DNA of 44,836 bases from Hyphomicrobiales bacterium (lineage in GTDB: Bacteria > Pseudomonadota > Alphaproteobacteria > Rhizobiales > CAJQND01), in the NCBI GenBank assembly GCA_051010095.1, contig JBPCVX010000195.1, forward strand, positions 1 through 44,836. Direction: 5' to 3'. Positions 9,900 through 21,081 of this stretch are shown here, piece by piece. How positions within the stretch are numbered: the first letter of the stretch is position 1; each line of letters begins with the position of its first letter. The position numbers were made by a program, and so were the translations under genes. The notes under the pieces were generated by a model. It was not told the origin of the DNA and did not search any database. It saw only the letters and a program-made list of their open reading frames with translations.

Positions 9900-12800
9900 T
9901 CAGGACCTCCTCAGACCAATATTCATTTCGCCCGTTTGTGCACGTTGCATTTCCTGGAGCGCACGGCGGTATTCCACCGGCATCACCTTTACGAACTTTG
10001 GAAGATAAAGCTCCCAATCTGCGAGAATGGCTTGGGCACGTGCGGAATTTGTGTAATGGGCGTGGTTCTCGATAAGCTGATAAAGCCGCTCTGCATCGAA
10101 CCGGTCCAAATTTGAACCCACATCCACAAGGCCGTGGCGCTCCATATCCGCGCGATAATGCTCCATCTGCTCTTCTTCAACCTCAACCGGCTCAAGATCA
10201 ACCATTGAAAGGTTGCAACGCTCGGCAAAACCGCCCGTCTCATCCAACACATATGCAATGCCACCTGACATACCGGCCGCAAAATTGCGCCCCGTTTCCC
10301 CAAGCACCACAACAATGCCGCCAGTCATATACTCGCAGCCATGATCACCGGTGCCCTCCACCACTGCAATCGCACCGGAATTACGCACCGCAAAGCGTTC
10401 GCCTGCGATGCCACGGAAATAACATTCCCCGTCAATAGCTCCATAAAGCACGGTATTGCCAACAATCATGCTTTCTTCAGGCACGATGCCGCTATTCGGA
10501 TCAGGTCTGACAATCAATTTGCCGCCGGAAAGCCCCTTGCCCACATAGTCATTTGCCTCACCCACCAGGTCGAGCGTAACACCCTTGGCGGCCCAGGCAC
10601 CAAAACTTTGCCCAGCAACACCATTAAAGGTGAACCAAATCGTGTCGTCGGCAAACCCCTTGTGGCCGTACTTTTCAGCAACCTTTCCAGACAACATCGC
10701 GCCTACCGTGCGGTCTGTATTGCCGATAGGAAGTTCATGCTTTACGGACTTCTTTTCGCTTAGAGCCGGTGCGGAAAGTTCGATCATTTTGAGATCAAGA
10801 ATGTCGTCGATCGGGTGCGCCTGGGCACCAGAATTGTAAGTCGCGAAATCATCTGGCACTGTGGGTTTGTGGAAGATTTTCTCAAAATCAAGACCATCTG
10901 CCTTCCAGTGATCAATCGCCTCTTCGGTATCCAAACAGTCGGTGCGCCCAATCATCTCATTGAATGTGGCAAAACCCAGCTCGGCCATAAGCTCACGCAC
11001 TTCTTCCGCGACATAGAAGAAATAGTTCACCACATGTTCGGGCTTACCCTTGAACTTGCGCCGCAATTGTGGGTCTTGGGTGGCAACCCCAACTGGGCAA
11101 GTGTTGAGATGGCATTTGCGCATCATAATGCACCCAGCGGCAATCAATGGTGCAGTGGCAAAACCAAATTCATCAGCGCCCAAGAGTGCGCCCACCACAA
11201 CATCACGGCCCGTACGCAAGCCGCCATCAACCTGTACAGCAATACGTCCGCGCAAATTATTCATCACCAATGTTTGGTGCGTTTCAGCCAGCCCAATTTC
11301 CCACGGGCTGCCAGCATGCTTGATTGAGGTAAGCGGGGAGGCGCCTGTGCCGCCCTCAAAGCCCGAGATAGTGACGTGATCAGCACGTGCCTTCGATACG
11401 CCTGCAGCAACCGTTCCCACACCGATCTCTGAAACCAGTTTCACAGAAATATCGGCGGCAGGATTCACATTTTTGAGATCATAAATGAGCTGTGCCAGAT
11501 CCTCGATTGAATAGATATCATGGTGCGGTGGGGGTGAAATCAATCCAACACCTGGTGTCGAATGACGCACCTTCGCGATCGTGGCGTTTACTTTGTGACC
11601 AGGCAGTTGACCGCCTTCGCCAGGTTTTGCGCCCTGCGCCATTTTAATCTGAATCATATCTGCATTGACCAGATATTCGGTCGTCACCCCAAAGCGCCCG
11701 GACGCAACCTGTTTAATGGCCGAACGCATGCTGTCGCCGTTTTTCATAGGCTTAAAGCGATCAGGTTCTTCACCGCCCTCACCTGTATTGGATTTACCTT
11801 CCAAGCGGTTCATGGCAATGGCGAGAGTTGTGTGGGCCTCGCGCGAAATGGAGCCGAACGACATGGCGCCTGTGGCAAACCGTTTGACGATCTCAGTTGC
11901 CGGTTCCACCTCATCCAATGGGATGGATTTGCGCTTCATTTCCTCGGCGGGTCGAATGCGGAAAAGCCCACGCAAGGTCATCAAGTTTTCCGATTGCTCA
12001 TTGATGGTGCGTGCGAAGTCACGATAGCGATCGGGCAATTCACCGCGCACCGCATGTTGCAAGTCAGCAACCGTTTGCGCGGTCCAACTGTGGGCTTCAC
12101 CGCGCATGCGCTGGGCATATTCTCCGCCCACATCAAGCGCGGATTCATAAACCGGATTATGGCCAAAGGCGTCGGCATGGCGCTGCAATGTTTCCAGCGC
12201 AATTTCCTTCAGCCCCACCCCTTCAACAACTGTATGAGTGCCGGTGAAATACTTGTCGACAAACTGCGTGTTGAGACCAACCGCGTCAAAAATCTGTGCG
12301 CCGCAATAAGATTGATAGGTGGAGATGCCCATCTTGGACATCACTTTGAAAATGCCCTTGTTGAGGGCTTTGATATAGCGCTTCACTGCGTCTTCAAAGG
12401 TGAAGTTCTTGCCAAAGTTTGGCAATTCGGCTTCCAGGGTTTCAAAGGCCAGCCAGGGATTGATCGCTTCTGCACCAAAACCAGCAAGCGTGCAGAAATG
12501 ATGCACTTCACGGGCTTCACCTGTCTCAACCACAAGACCAACAGAGGTTCGAAGACCCTTGCGAATGAGGTGATGATGCACAGCAGAACACGCCAACAGC
12601 GAGGGAATTGCTACCCGGTCCGGCCCCATCAATCGGTCAGATAAAATGATGATGTTGTAGCCGTGCGCAACGCTCGTTTCAGCGCGCTCACAAAGGTTTT
12701 CGATCGCCGTTTCCATATAGTCCGGCCCGCGATCAATCCCATACGTGAAATCGAGCGTGCTGGTGAGAAACTGGTTATCGGCAATATCGCCAATAGCGCG

Positions 12801-14606
12801 GATTTTCTCCAAACCCTGATTGGAAATGATCGGGTGATGAGCCTCTAACCGCTTTAGCGTCGACGTACCCTCAAGATCAAGCAAGTTGGGGCGCGGGCCA
12901 ATAAAAGTCACAAGCGACATCACCAATTCTTCGCGAATAGGATCAATCGGTGGATTGGTGACTTGCGCGAAGAGTTGCTTGAAGTAGGTCGCGAGTGGTT
13001 TCGACCTATCAGAAAGCGCTGAAATCGGCGTGTCCGTGCCCATTGAGCCGACCGCTTCCTGACCGGTCTGGGCCATGGGTTTCATGAGAAACTTCAAGTC
13101 TTCCTGGGTATATCCGAACGCCTGCTGGCGTTGTAAGAGCGGAACGTTTGATGCAGGTGCTGAGCGACCAACATCTGGCAAATCAATCACGCGGATTTGC
13201 GTGCGTGCCAACCATTCAGGGTAAGGATGGCGGGTCGCAAGATCGGCCTTCAAATCTTCATCAGAAATGATCCGACCTTCTTCCAGATCGATCAGCAACA
13301 TTTTGCCGGGTTGCAACCGCCATTTGCGGATGATTTTTTCCTCTGGAATATCCAAAACACCCATTTCCGAAGCCAACAACACGTACCCATCGCTGGTTTC
13401 CAGATAACGCGCCGGGCGCAAGCCGTTACGGTCAAGGGTCGCACCAATCTGCCGGCCATCGGTGAACGCGATCGCCGCTGGCCCGTCCCATGGCTCCATA
13501 AGGGCAGCATGATACTCGTAAAACGCTCTGCGGTTCTCATCCATCAACGGGTTGCCGGCCCAAGCTTCAGGAATAAGCATCATCATGGCATGCGATAACG
13601 AGTACCCACCGAGGAACAACAATTCTAATGCATTATCAAAGCAGGCTGAATCCGATTGGCCTTCATAAGATATAGGCCAAAGCTTCTGCATGTCATCGCC
13701 GTAAATAGGCGATTCCATGGTCGCCTGGCGCGCCGCCATCCAGTTATAGTTGCCACGTAGCGTGTTAATTTCACCATTATGGCAGATCATCCGGTAAGGA
13801 TGCGCCAACGGCCAAGATGGAAACGTATTTGTCGAAAAGCGCTGATGCACGAGTGCTAACGCCGACACAAGATTCTCGTCTTGCAATTCAACAAAATATT
13901 TCGACAAGGCTTCAGCAACAAGCAACCCCTTGTAAACAATCGTGCGTGATGAGCAGCTTACCGGGAAGTACTTTCCGACCGCTTCCGGGCACACATCGCG
14001 CAATCTGTTGGAGATCACCTTGCGCATCACATAGAGTTTGCGTTCAAAAGCATTGTCTGTAGCAATTTCGGCGCCACGGCGCACAAACACCTGACGTGTC
14101 AGCGGTTCGGTTGGCTTTACGGTTTCGCCAAGTACTGAATTGTCCACCGGCACCGTGCGCCAGCCAATCACTTCAAGTCCTTCTTCTTCGGCAACCTCTT
14201 TATAAAGCTTCTCGATCACCGCACATTGATCGTCATCACGAGGCATGAAGATCTGGCCAACGCCGTAAAAGTTCGGCTTAGGTAGTTCAAATCCGAGTTT
14301 TTCTGCTTCAATGGCAAAAAAAGCGTGCGGCAACTGAATGAGAATGCCTGCACCGTCTCCCGCTTTAGGGTCAGCACCCACGGCACCGCGGTGCTCAAGA
14401 TTACTCAAGATAGCAAGCGCGTCATCAATAATTTTGCGACTTTTCTCGTTATGGATGGAGCAAATCATGCCCACGCCACAGGCATCATGCTCGTGCTCAG
14501 GGTTATAAAGGCCCTGAGCATCTGGCAAACCAGCAGGTTTATACTTACTGCGCAAAGATCGGGGCTTCAGTGTGCTCTCAATCGCATTGTCGCAGCTCTT
14601 CACCAT
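9900..14606 (-). CDS. gltB: Glutamate synthase large subunit
   Basis: EHDACGVG (mature N-terminal Cys), [40 protein letters not shown] (3Fe-4S), C-terminal GXGXG domain; 1568 aa. Confidence 0.98.
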   Translation of the reverse strand: MVKSCDNAIESTLKPRSLRSKYKPAGLPDAQGLYNPEHEHDACGVGMICSIHNEKSRKIIDDALAILSNLEHRGAVGADPKAGDGAGILIQLPHAFFAIEAEKLGFELPKPNFYGVGQIFMPRDDDQCAVIEKLYKEVAEEEGLEVIGWRTVPVDNSVLGETVKPTEPLTRQVFVRRGAEIATDNAFERKLYVMRKVISNRLRDVCPEAVGKYFPVSCSSRTIVYKGLLVAEALSKYFVELQDENLVSALALVHQRFSTNTFPSWPLAHPYRMICHNGEINTLRGNYNWMAARQATMESPIYGDDMQKLWPISYEGQSDSACFDNALELLFLGGYSLSHAMMMLIPEAWAGNPLMDENRRAFYEYHAALMEPWDGPAAIAFTDGRQIGATLDRNGLRPARYLETSDGYVLLASEMGVLDIPEEKIIRKWRLQPGKMLLIDLEEGRIISDEDLKADLATRHPYPEWLARTQIRVIDLPDVGRSAPASNVPLLQRQQAFGYTQEDLKFLMKPMAQTGQEAVGSMGTDTPISALSDRSKPLATYFKQLFAQVTNPPIDPIREELVMSLVTFIGPRPNLLDLEGTSTLKRLEAHHPIISNQGLEKIRAIGDIADNQFLTSTLDFTYGIDRGPDYMETAIENLCERAETSVAHGYNIIILSDRLMGPDRVAIPSLLACSAVHHHLIRKGLRTSVGLVVETGEAREVHHFCTLAGFGAEAINPWLAFETLEAELPNFGKNFTFEDAVKRYIKALNKGIFKVMSKMGISTYQSYCGAQIFDAVGLNTQFVDKYFTGTHTVVEGVGLKEIALETLQRHADAFGHNPVYESALDVGGEYAQRMRGEAHSWTAQTVADLQHAVRGELPDRYRDFARTINEQSENLMTLRGLFRIRPAEEMKRKSIPLDEVEPATEIVKRFATGAMSFGSISREAHTTLAIAMNRLEGKSNTGEGGEEPDRFKPMKNGDSMRSAIKQVASGRFGVTTEYLVNADMIQIKMAQGAKPGEGGQLPGHKVNATIAKVRHSTPGVGLISPPPHHDIYSIEDLAQLIYDLKNVNPAADISVKLVSEIGVGTVAAGVSKARADHVTISGFEGGTGASPLTSIKHAGSPWEIGLAETHQTLVMNNLRGRIAVQVDGGLRTGRDVVVGALLGADEFGFATAPLIAAGCIMMRKCHLNTCPVGVATQDPQLRRKFKGKPEHVVNYFFYVAEEVRELMAELGFATFNEMIGRTDCLDTEEAIDHWKADGLDFEKIFHKPTVPDDFATYNSGAQAHPIDDILDLKMIELSAPALSEKKSVKHELPIGNTDRTVGAMLSGKVAEKYGHKGFADDTIWFTFNGVAGQSFGAWAAKGVTLDLVGEANDYVGKGLSGGKLIVRPDPNSGIVPEESMIVGNTVLYGAIDGECYFRGIAGERFAVRNSGAIAVVEGTGDHGCEYMTGGIVVVLGETGRNFAAGMSGGIAYVLDETGGFAERCNLSMVDLEPVEVEEEQMEHYRADMERHGLVDVGSNLDRFDAERLYQLIENHAHYTNSARAQAILADWELYLPKFVKVMPVEYRRALQEMQRAQTGEMNIGLRRS

Positions 14607-14994
14607 GGTTCATCTCCACTCAGTTTAGGCACATTTGGCGTGCATTTTGTCGGCGTTTGGCCCGGCCACCTTATTTGCATTATAGCTTTAAAGATTGGGG
14701 AACAACCGGTTGTGCGCCGTGCTGTTAGGCTTTCGCCGTTTTGGCGTGCAGAGTTGGCCGTTTAAGACGGGTATAATTAGCCGCAACTAATAAAACGCTG
14801 CCCACGTTCGATCGCCCTTTTTGACCCTGCATTCCATTTAGGACCACAATCACCACCTCCGATAGGACAGTGTTGCTTACCTAAAGTTCCGGCAAACTGC
14901 CAGAAATTTGTCGCTTGCGCAAGTAATCGCAACGCTCTGCGGCTTTTTGCGCAATGATGTTTCGCTTACCAGCAAATTTGTTTATTTAAATTAG

Positions 14995-16869
14995 ATGACA
15001 GTTCAAAAACAAATTAAACCGTTTGGCACTTGGCCTTCTCCCATTTCACCCGAACTGGTCGCCGGGCAATCCATTAGATTTGGCTTGGTCCGCGCCCATA
15101 ACAACGCAGTTTATTGGACCGAAGGACGACCAAGTGAAGGCGGTCGCGGCGTTATTATGCGCACTTCACCCGATGGCGGCGTGGAAGAACTTCTGCCAAA
15201 TCCATATTCAGCACGCTCTAAAGTGCACGAATATGGCGGCGGCGAATTCATGGTTACAGATAACGGCGTGTATTTCGCCAATGCGGACGATCAAGACATC
15301 TATCTGATTACGCCCAAAAACAAGATTGAGCGCATCACAAACGCCAAGGCCTGGCGGTTCGCTGATTTCTGTATCGATGCCACCCGTCGCCGTTTGATTG
15401 CCGTTGGCGAGTACCACAGAGAAGAGCATGATCCCTCGCCCGAAAACGCCTTGGTGACGGTTTCACTCACTGACGGAACGGTGGAACGGCTCGTCACCGG
15501 CGCTGATTTTTATGCCGCGCCCCGCGTTTCGCCCGACACTGAAAATCTCGCCTGGTTAGAATGGGATTTGCCTGGCATGCCGTGGGACGGCGCCCGCGTG
15601 ATGTGCGGCAAACTATCAGGAAATGTGAATGAGATTGTTGCCATTGCGGGCGGTGATGGATCAGCCGCATTCCAACCGGAATGGGCGGCGGATGGTACGC
15701 TTTACTTTATTTGGGATGAGACGGGATTTGGGCAGCTTTATCGCCATGAGAGCGGGAACACACCGCAACGCATCACTCAGGAAAGGTCGGAGTTTGGTCT
15801 GCCTCTTTGGGGTTTAGGTGTGCGGTCTTTTGCACTTATCGATAACACACACGCTATGATGAGCGGCATTCGGAATGGCGAACATCACATGGCCGTGGTT
15901 AACCTTGAAACAGGCGCACTCACATGGCTCGATATAGATATCGCTTACATTTATGGCGTTTGCCCAACGGCAAGTGGTGTCGCAACCCAAGTAGCACGCC
16001 ACGATAAACCTTCTTTCGTCGCAGAAATTTCGGTGTCTGGGGAAGTCACCCCCATTCGCGATAGCGCCAGCATTTCGTTCGATGCGCAAGATGTATCACC
16101 TGGTGAAATTATCTCGTTTGAAAGCTCCAATGGCCGCACGGCTTGGGCGGTTTATTACGCACCTCAAAGCGCCAGCTATTCAGGGCCTAACGACAGCGCC
16201 CCTCCCCTTATCGTGTCGGCCCACGGGGGACCAACGGGTATGGCAGATCGCGGTCTCAAAATGAAAATTCAATACTGGACATCGCGCGGTTTTGCCTATT
16301 TGGACGTCGACTACACTGGCAGCTTTGGTTATGGACGCGCCTATATGGAAGCGCTCAACGGGCTTTGGGGTATCGCAGATGTCGACGACGTGGTTGCAGG
16401 TGCTAAAGCTCTTGTGGCGCGCGGGCTGGCCGATCCGTCCAAGCTGTTTATTTCAGGCGGCAGTGCGGGTGGTTACACAGTTCTCTGCGCGCTGGCCTTT
16501 CGAAATACGTTTAGTGCTGGTGCGTCCTATTACGGGATTGGCGATCTAAAAAAGCTGCAGGATCTTACCCATAAATTTGAATCTGGATATTTGCATGCAC
16601 TTATCGGCACCGAAGAAGCGTTCAAAGAACGTTCACCTTTACACCATGCGGAGGGGGTATCAGTTCCTGTCATCTTTTTTCAAGGCGGAAGAGACTTTGT
16701 CGTACCACCACAACAATCGCGCGACATGGTGGCGTCACTAAAGGCGCGCGGCATAGAGGTGGAATATTCAGAGTTTCCAGACGAAGGCCATGGTTTCCGA
16801 GCAGGTGATGTGATTTCCCGTTGCCTAGATGAAGAATATGCCTTCTATTTGCGCCAGATGAAGTCTTGA
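14995..16869 (+). CDS. S9-family (prolyl oligopeptidase / acylaminoacyl) peptidase
   Basis: FGTWPSPIS start, HGGPT, GGSAGG nucleophile elbow, GRDFVVP (Asp), EGHGF (His). Confidence 0.9.
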   Translation: MTVQKQIKPFGTWPSPISPELVAGQSIRFGLVRAHNNAVYWTEGRPSEGGRGVIMRTSPDGGVEELLPNPYSARSKVHEYGGGEFMVTDNGVYFANADDQDIYLITPKNKIERITNAKAWRFADFCIDATRRRLIAVGEYHREEHDPSPENALVTVSLTDGTVERLVTGADFYAAPRVSPDTENLAWLEWDLPGMPWDGARVMCGKLSGNVNEIVAIAGGDGSAAFQPEWAADGTLYFIWDETGFGQLYRHESGNTPQRITQERSEFGLPLWGLGVRSFALIDNTHAMMSGIRNGEHHMAVVNLETGALTWLDIDIAYIYGVCPTASGVATQVARHDKPSFVAEISVSGEVTPIRDSASISFDAQDVSPGEIISFESSNGRTAWAVYYAPQSASYSGPNDSAPPLIVSAHGGPTGMADRGLKMKIQYWTSRGFAYLDVDYTGSFGYGRAYMEALNGLWGIADVDDVVAGAKALVARGLADPSKLFISGGSAGGYTVLCALAFRNTFSAGASYYGIGDLKKLQDLTHKFESGYLHALIGTEEAFKERSPLHHAEGVSVPVIFFQGGRDFVVPPQQSRDMVASLKARGIEVEYSEFPDEGHGFRAGDVISRCLDEEYAFYLRQMKS

Positions 16870-16883
16870 GGCGAGGAAACAGA

Positions 16884-17945
16884 ATGGATTTCCGTTCCGA
16901 CAATGTTTTTGGGGTGAGCCCTGAGATAATGGACGCGCTTAACGCGGCCAATGACGGCAGCGCTGCATCTTATGGCGGTGATGAGTGGACCGAGCGCGTT
17001 GAGAAAAAACTACAAGAAATATTTGATTGTGATCTTGCCGCGTTTCCAGTCGCCACAGGAACCGCTGCAAATGCGTTAGGTCTTTCTGCGATTTGCCAGC
17101 CCTATGGCGCCATCTTCTGCCATGCAGGGTCACACATATATTGCGATGAATGTGGCGCACCAGAACTCTTTACCGGCGGTGCAAAGCTTATCGGACTGTC
17201 CACGCCAGGAGGTAAATTTGGGCCTGGTGATGCCGAACGTGTTTTGGGCACGTTTGTGCGTGGCGAGCACGATCCCAAGCCTTCGGCAATCTCTATCAGC
17301 CAGGTTACAGAACTTGGTACCGTGTATAGCCTTGATGAAATCAAAGACCTGGGCGCATTTGCAAAAGAGCATAACCTAAATATGCACATGGATGGCGCGC
17401 GTTTTGCAAATGCAGTGGTATCGCTGGAGTGCTCGCCTGCCGACATGACGTGGAAACGCGGTGTTGATGTGCTCTCGCTAGGCGCCACCAAGAACGGTGC
17501 AATGGCAGCTGAAGCGGTCGTATTTTTTGACACCAAACTTGCGGAAGATTTTGTCCATCGGCGCATGCGGGGTGGCCATCTGATTTCCAAGAGCCGTTTT
17601 TTGTCGGCTCAATTAGAAGCATATTTTGAAAATAATCTCTGGCTTGAGAATGCCAAGCATGCAAACACGATGGCCCAAGCAACCGCAAAAGCCCTGAAGG
17701 CCGTGCCCGATGTTCGTTTTTGTGCACCTGTCGAGGCGAATGAGATTTTTCCAATAATGCGCGCAGAACATGCAGTTGAGTTGCAAGCGGCTGGTGTGCA
17801 ATTTAACAGATGGCCCGCCACAGGAACCACAGATGAAGGCTTGGCGGAAGATGAGAACATTTATCGTTTTATAACATCATTTAAGACATCGATTACTGAT
17901 ATCGAAGCACTGGCAAATGTCTGCCAAACTCTCTCTAAAAAATAA
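16884..17945 (+). CDS. ltaE: Low-specificity L-threonine aldolase (PLP)
   Basis: GAGG precedes ATG 16884. MDFRSDN, TGTAAN, HMDGARFANA, SLGATKNG (PLP lysine). Confidence 0.88.
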   Translation: MDFRSDNVFGVSPEIMDALNAANDGSAASYGGDEWTERVEKKLQEIFDCDLAAFPVATGTAANALGLSAICQPYGAIFCHAGSHIYCDECGAPELFTGGAKLIGLSTPGGKFGPGDAERVLGTFVRGEHDPKPSAISISQVTELGTVYSLDEIKDLGAFAKEHNLNMHMDGARFANAVVSLECSPADMTWKRGVDVLSLGATKNGAMAAEAVVFFDTKLAEDFVHRRMRGGHLISKSRFLSAQLEAYFENNLWLENAKHANTMAQATAKALKAVPDVRFCAPVEANEIFPIMRAEHAVELQAAGVQFNRWPATGTTDEGLAEDENIYRFITSFKTSITDIEALANVCQTLSKK

Positions 17946-18062
17946 TAGATAAAAAATGCATTTTTGCAGTTTATGTCAAAAAACTGCACAAACAGACAAG
18001 ACTCGGATTTTGTTTTGCGTTATATGAATCTTGTCATTTTAAGATATTTTTTATCCAATAAA

Positions 18063-18114
18063 TGGCTGCCCTTCCTCTATTGTTCCCAGCCCTAGAGGAG
18101 GGGCTTTCTTTTTT
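18063..18114 (+). ncRNA. Candidate small RNA, or an intrinsic terminator with an unusually large loop
   Basis: 12-bp stem 18068-18079/18093-18104 (one G-U), 13-nt loop UUGUUCCCAGCCC, then UUUCUUUUUU; about 120 nt downstream of ltaE. Confidence 0.35.
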
Positions 18115-18176
18115 GGCCCACTGCCAGCCCTCCTCCAATGCAAACAGCAGACACATCACCTAACGTGAGTGAATGG

Positions 18177-18212
18177 AAAAAAGGCGGCTCCAATTCGGAA
18201 CCGCCTTTCTTT
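18177..18212. terminator. Intrinsic terminator of ibpA (possibly bidirectional)
   Basis: AAAAAAGGCGG...CCGCCTTTCTTT hairpin; A-run on the left (U-tract on - strand) and T-rich on the right. Confidence 0.75.
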
Positions 18213-18233
18213 GTGGGAGAAGAACGTAAGTGC

Positions 18234-18695
18234 TTATGCAGCGACTTTTTGTTCAATTTTCTTGGTTTTCTTCACTTTGCCGTTGGCAATCTTAATTGTG
18301 CGAGATTTCAAAGCTTCTGGAATTTCGCGCTTCAATTCGATGTGAAGCAAACCATTTTCGAGCTCAGCGCCATGAACTTCAACATAGTCAGCAAGCTGGA
18401 AACGGCGCTCAAAACTGCGTGCAGCGATGCCCTGGTGCAGAAATTCTTTGTCTGTGCCAGCAAAATCGCCCTTGCGGCCTGTCACGGTGAGCGCGTTCTC
18501 TTTAATCTCGACATCTAGTTCGTCGCCCGAAAAGCCCGCAACAGCCATGGTGATGCGGTATTCATTATCATTCTTGCGCTCGATATTATAAGGGGGGTAT
18601 CCACTGTTCATTTCAACACCAGAAACTTGGTCAAGCATGTTAGCCAAGCGGTCAAATCCAACGGTAGAACGGTACAATGGGGTCAAGTCAAACAT
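18234..18695 (-). CDS. ibpA: Small heat-shock protein (Hsp20/IbpA class)
   Basis: FDLTPLYRSTVGFDRL, YPPYNIE, AVAGF, LENGLLHI, IKI C-terminal motif. ATG at 18695 follows AAGGA. Confidence 0.93.
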   Translation of the reverse strand: MFDLTPLYRSTVGFDRLANMLDQVSGVEMNSGYPPYNIERKNDNEYRITMAVAGFSGDELDVEIKENALTVTGRKGDFAGTDKEFLHQGIAARSFERRFQLADYVEVHGAELENGLLHIELKREIPEALKSRTIKIANGKVKKTKKIEQKVAA

Positions 18696-18705
18696 ATCTT
18701 CATTT

Positions 18706-18724
18706 CCTTCTTTAGTAAGCAAGG
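18706..18724 (-). promoter_or_regulatory. ROSE-like RNA thermometer hairpin covering the ibpA Shine-Dalgarno
   Basis: mRNA reads CCUU-G-CUU-ACUA-AAG-AAGG: the U(U/C)GCU motif with a bulged G opposite the SD. A second hairpin lies just upstream (18733-18752). Confidence 0.7.
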
Positions 18725-18812
18725 TTTAGATCGCCCTCCCCTAAGGGCTGGGCATTCTCAGTTAAGCGTGGACCCAAGGTGAAAACTCCCTTATGTGGCA
18801 TCCACAAATAAT

Positions 18813-18840
18813 ATTTAGGAAGCCATCTACGCGTTTCAAG
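18813..18840 (-). promoter_or_regulatory. RpoH (sigma32) promoter of ibpA
   Basis: Minus strand CTTGAA-N15-CCTAAAT, close to the alphaproteobacterial RpoH consensus CTTGAA-N15/16-CCTATAT. Confidence 0.75.
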
Positions 18841-18890
18841 ATGATGGATAATGTTTTAGAATTGCGCATGATTGTTAGGCACGAGGCGAT

Positions 18891-19913
18891 ATGAAGCAGC
18901 CCAACGGCAAACTGGTCGACCACGAAGAAAACCCCATACCACATGGGGCGCAGCCTGGATTGTGCGAAACACCCGACGGACGCCTATTGCGCTATGCGCT
19001 GTGGGATCCGCCAGCTGGTTCACGCAAGGGCACGGTTTGCATCTTTGAAGGGCGCGGCGAATTTATCGAAAAATACTTTGAGACCGTGCGCGATTTGCAA
19101 GCACGCGGCTATGGAGTTGCTGTGCTTGATTGGCGCGGCCAGGGTGGGTCTGGTTTTGCGAAGCGCCGCTTCTTTGGCAGCTATGTCGCTTCGTTCGACG
19201 AATATGAAGATGACCTCATCACCTTTATGCAAACCGTGGTGCTACCCGATTGCGCACCGCCATTTCACGTTATCGCGCATTCCACAGGTGCGCTTGTGGT
19301 TGCAGAAAATTTGCTGCGACGCACATGGTTCGAAAAGGCGATTTTTACCGGGCCACTGTTTGGTTTTTCGCGCGGTGTTATGCCATGGCGCCTTGTTCAC
19401 ATTTCGTCTGGCATCTTAACCGCATTCGGTTTGGGTGGTTTGTCTCTGCCCGGACGCAGTGCGCGCAGCTTTGCGGGAATGGGTTTTTTCGGCAATCCTT
19501 TCACAAGTGATGAAGATCGCTTCGATCGTATCAAAGGCGTTTTGAAAACAGCCCCGCAACTCAGTTCCAAACGCCCAAAAATTGGCTGGCTGTTTGCTGC
19601 ATTTCGCGCGATGTCGGAACTCAACGCAATTCCAAACAAAGTGCATCTCTGTGCACCGGTGATGATCCTTTCAAGCAGGCGCGATCAGATCGTCGCGCGC
19701 GAAGCAGCCGATGAATTCTCTGAAAAGGTACAAAATGCGACGAATATAGTGATCGACGGTGCAAAGCACGAAATTCTGCTCGAACGTGATGATTTGCGAG
19801 AGCAGTTTTGGTCGGTTTTCGACACATTTTTTGATGGCGCTGAACCTCTTGTGAGCGCGGGTCAAAACCGACCAAGCGCACAAAATGAGGCGAAAAAAAA
19901 TGAAGCCGCTTAA
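18891..19913 (+). CDS. Alpha/beta hydrolase, lysophospholipase L2 (PldB-like)
   Basis: GRGEFIEKYFE, DWRGQGGS, AHSTG nucleophile, GAKHEILLE. Confidence 0.85.
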   Translation: MKQPNGKLVDHEENPIPHGAQPGLCETPDGRLLRYALWDPPAGSRKGTVCIFEGRGEFIEKYFETVRDLQARGYGVAVLDWRGQGGSGFAKRRFFGSYVASFDEYEDDLITFMQTVVLPDCAPPFHVIAHSTGALVVAENLLRRTWFEKAIFTGPLFGFSRGVMPWRLVHISSGILTAFGLGGLSLPGRSARSFAGMGFFGNPFTSDEDRFDRIKGVLKTAPQLSSKRPKIGWLFAAFRAMSELNAIPNKVHLCAPVMILSSRRDQIVAREAADEFSEKVQNATNIVIDGAKHEILLERDDLREQFWSVFDTFFDGAEPLVSAGQNRPSAQNEAKKNEAA

Positions 19914-20719
19914 GAGCAGCTCTCCAGTAAATTGAGAACGGCTTCATGCAACTGTGGGGTGGCCGCCGCGACAACATCGCCTCCACCGTGTGCGGACGTT
20001 CCTTCCAGGGTGGTTACTACGCCACCAGCCTTTTCAATGATTGGAATGAGCGCAGCAATATCATATGCCTGAAGTTGAGGCTCGACGATCACATCAACCT
20101 GTCCTGCCGCCAGCATGCAGTAAAAATACGCATCTCCGCTAAATCGTTTAACAGGTGTGATCTCAAGTAGCGCGCGGAGAAAAGGTTCAAGTGGCCCCGT
20201 AAAATGTTCAGGAACGGTGCTACAAAATTTCACATCTTCAAGCTTTGTAACATTAGATACCTCAAGTTTTTCCAACTCACCATCAGGTCCTCGATACCAT
20301 GCACCTTCAGTTTCCCCGTCAACGAAAAAGCGTTCTTTTGTAAAGGCTTGGCTGGCCATACCAGCATAGGCGCCACGCTCATCGGTAAGTCCAATAAGCG
20401 TCATCCAATTGAGCATGCCTGTAATAAACGCTCTGGTGCCGTCTATCGGATCGAGGACCCAAGTTGGCGATCCACTTGTTCCTGGTGTTTTATGCCCAAA
20501 TTCTTCGCCAAAAATGCCATGTTCGGGATATCGTGCCTCAATTAGGGCACGCATAACTTGCTCAGCGCGCCGGTCAGCTTCCGTCACTGGATCATAGCCT
20601 TCATCTAACTTGTTAGTCACTGCATTTGCGCGACGAAAGTATGGAAGCACCGCCTGATCGGCACCATCGGCTAAGCCGTGAAGAAATTCGGCCAGTTCAG
20701 AATCTTTTTGCCCGCTCAT
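19910..20719 (-). CDS. hisN: Histidinol-phosphate phosphatase, inositol-monophosphatase family
   Basis: DPVTEAD, GEEFG, WVLDPIDGTRAF, YDIAALIPIIEKAGG. GAGG precedes ATG 20719. Confidence 0.8.
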   Translation of the reverse strand: MSGQKDSELAEFLHGLADGADQAVLPYFRRANAVTNKLDEGYDPVTEADRRAEQVMRALIEARYPEHGIFGEEFGHKTPGTSGSPTWVLDPIDGTRAFITGMLNWMTLIGLTDERGAYAGMASQAFTKERFFVDGETEGAWYRGPDGELEKLEVSNVTKLEDVKFCSTVPEHFTGPLEPFLRALLEITPVKRFSGDAYFYCMLAAGQVDVIVEPQLQAYDIAALIPIIEKAGGVVTTLEGTSAHGGGDVVAAATPQLHEAVLNLLESCS

Positions 20720-21044
20720 CTGCACCTCTATGATTTGGCCAATGTGCTTAACAGTTAGAATCAAGGGCCGGTTACACCTTTATGCCATGCCGCTGTTTTT
20801 CGACCAAGTCTTCCAGGTAAATTCGTGCATAATTCTGAAAAGGGGGCATTTATCTTGTGCACTGCAACATAAATACTGATGCATTGCTTATAATTTCACC
20901 AAGGGTTAGCGGAAAAATCTGATCAGTAAGTAAAATTTTTGTGATCGAAACGCTATAATATGCAATTAATTCAGTTAATTATGAGAAATTGTGTGCTTTT
21001 TTTGCAACGCCTCTGTGCAAAAAGGCGAAAATGCAGTTTCAACC

Positions 21045-21076
21045 CTTGATTTTTGTGCGGTGCAAATGCATATACT
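21045..21076 (+). promoter_or_regulatory. Promoter of the MmgR-like sRNA with a PhaR/AniA-like box in the spacer
   Basis: CTTGAT (21045) ... CATATA/TATACT (21069-21076); TGCGGTGCA at 21056-21064 fits TGCRNYGCA. Confidence 0.55.
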
Positions 21077-21081
21077 GCACA

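Noticed and set aside
11562-12644. 360-aa antisense ORF in gltB, and similar shadow ORFs (e.g. 31377-32102, 27690-28304, 2419-3039)
   Set aside because: They are antisense to well-supported genes, have no recognisable motifs, and are expected from codon bias.
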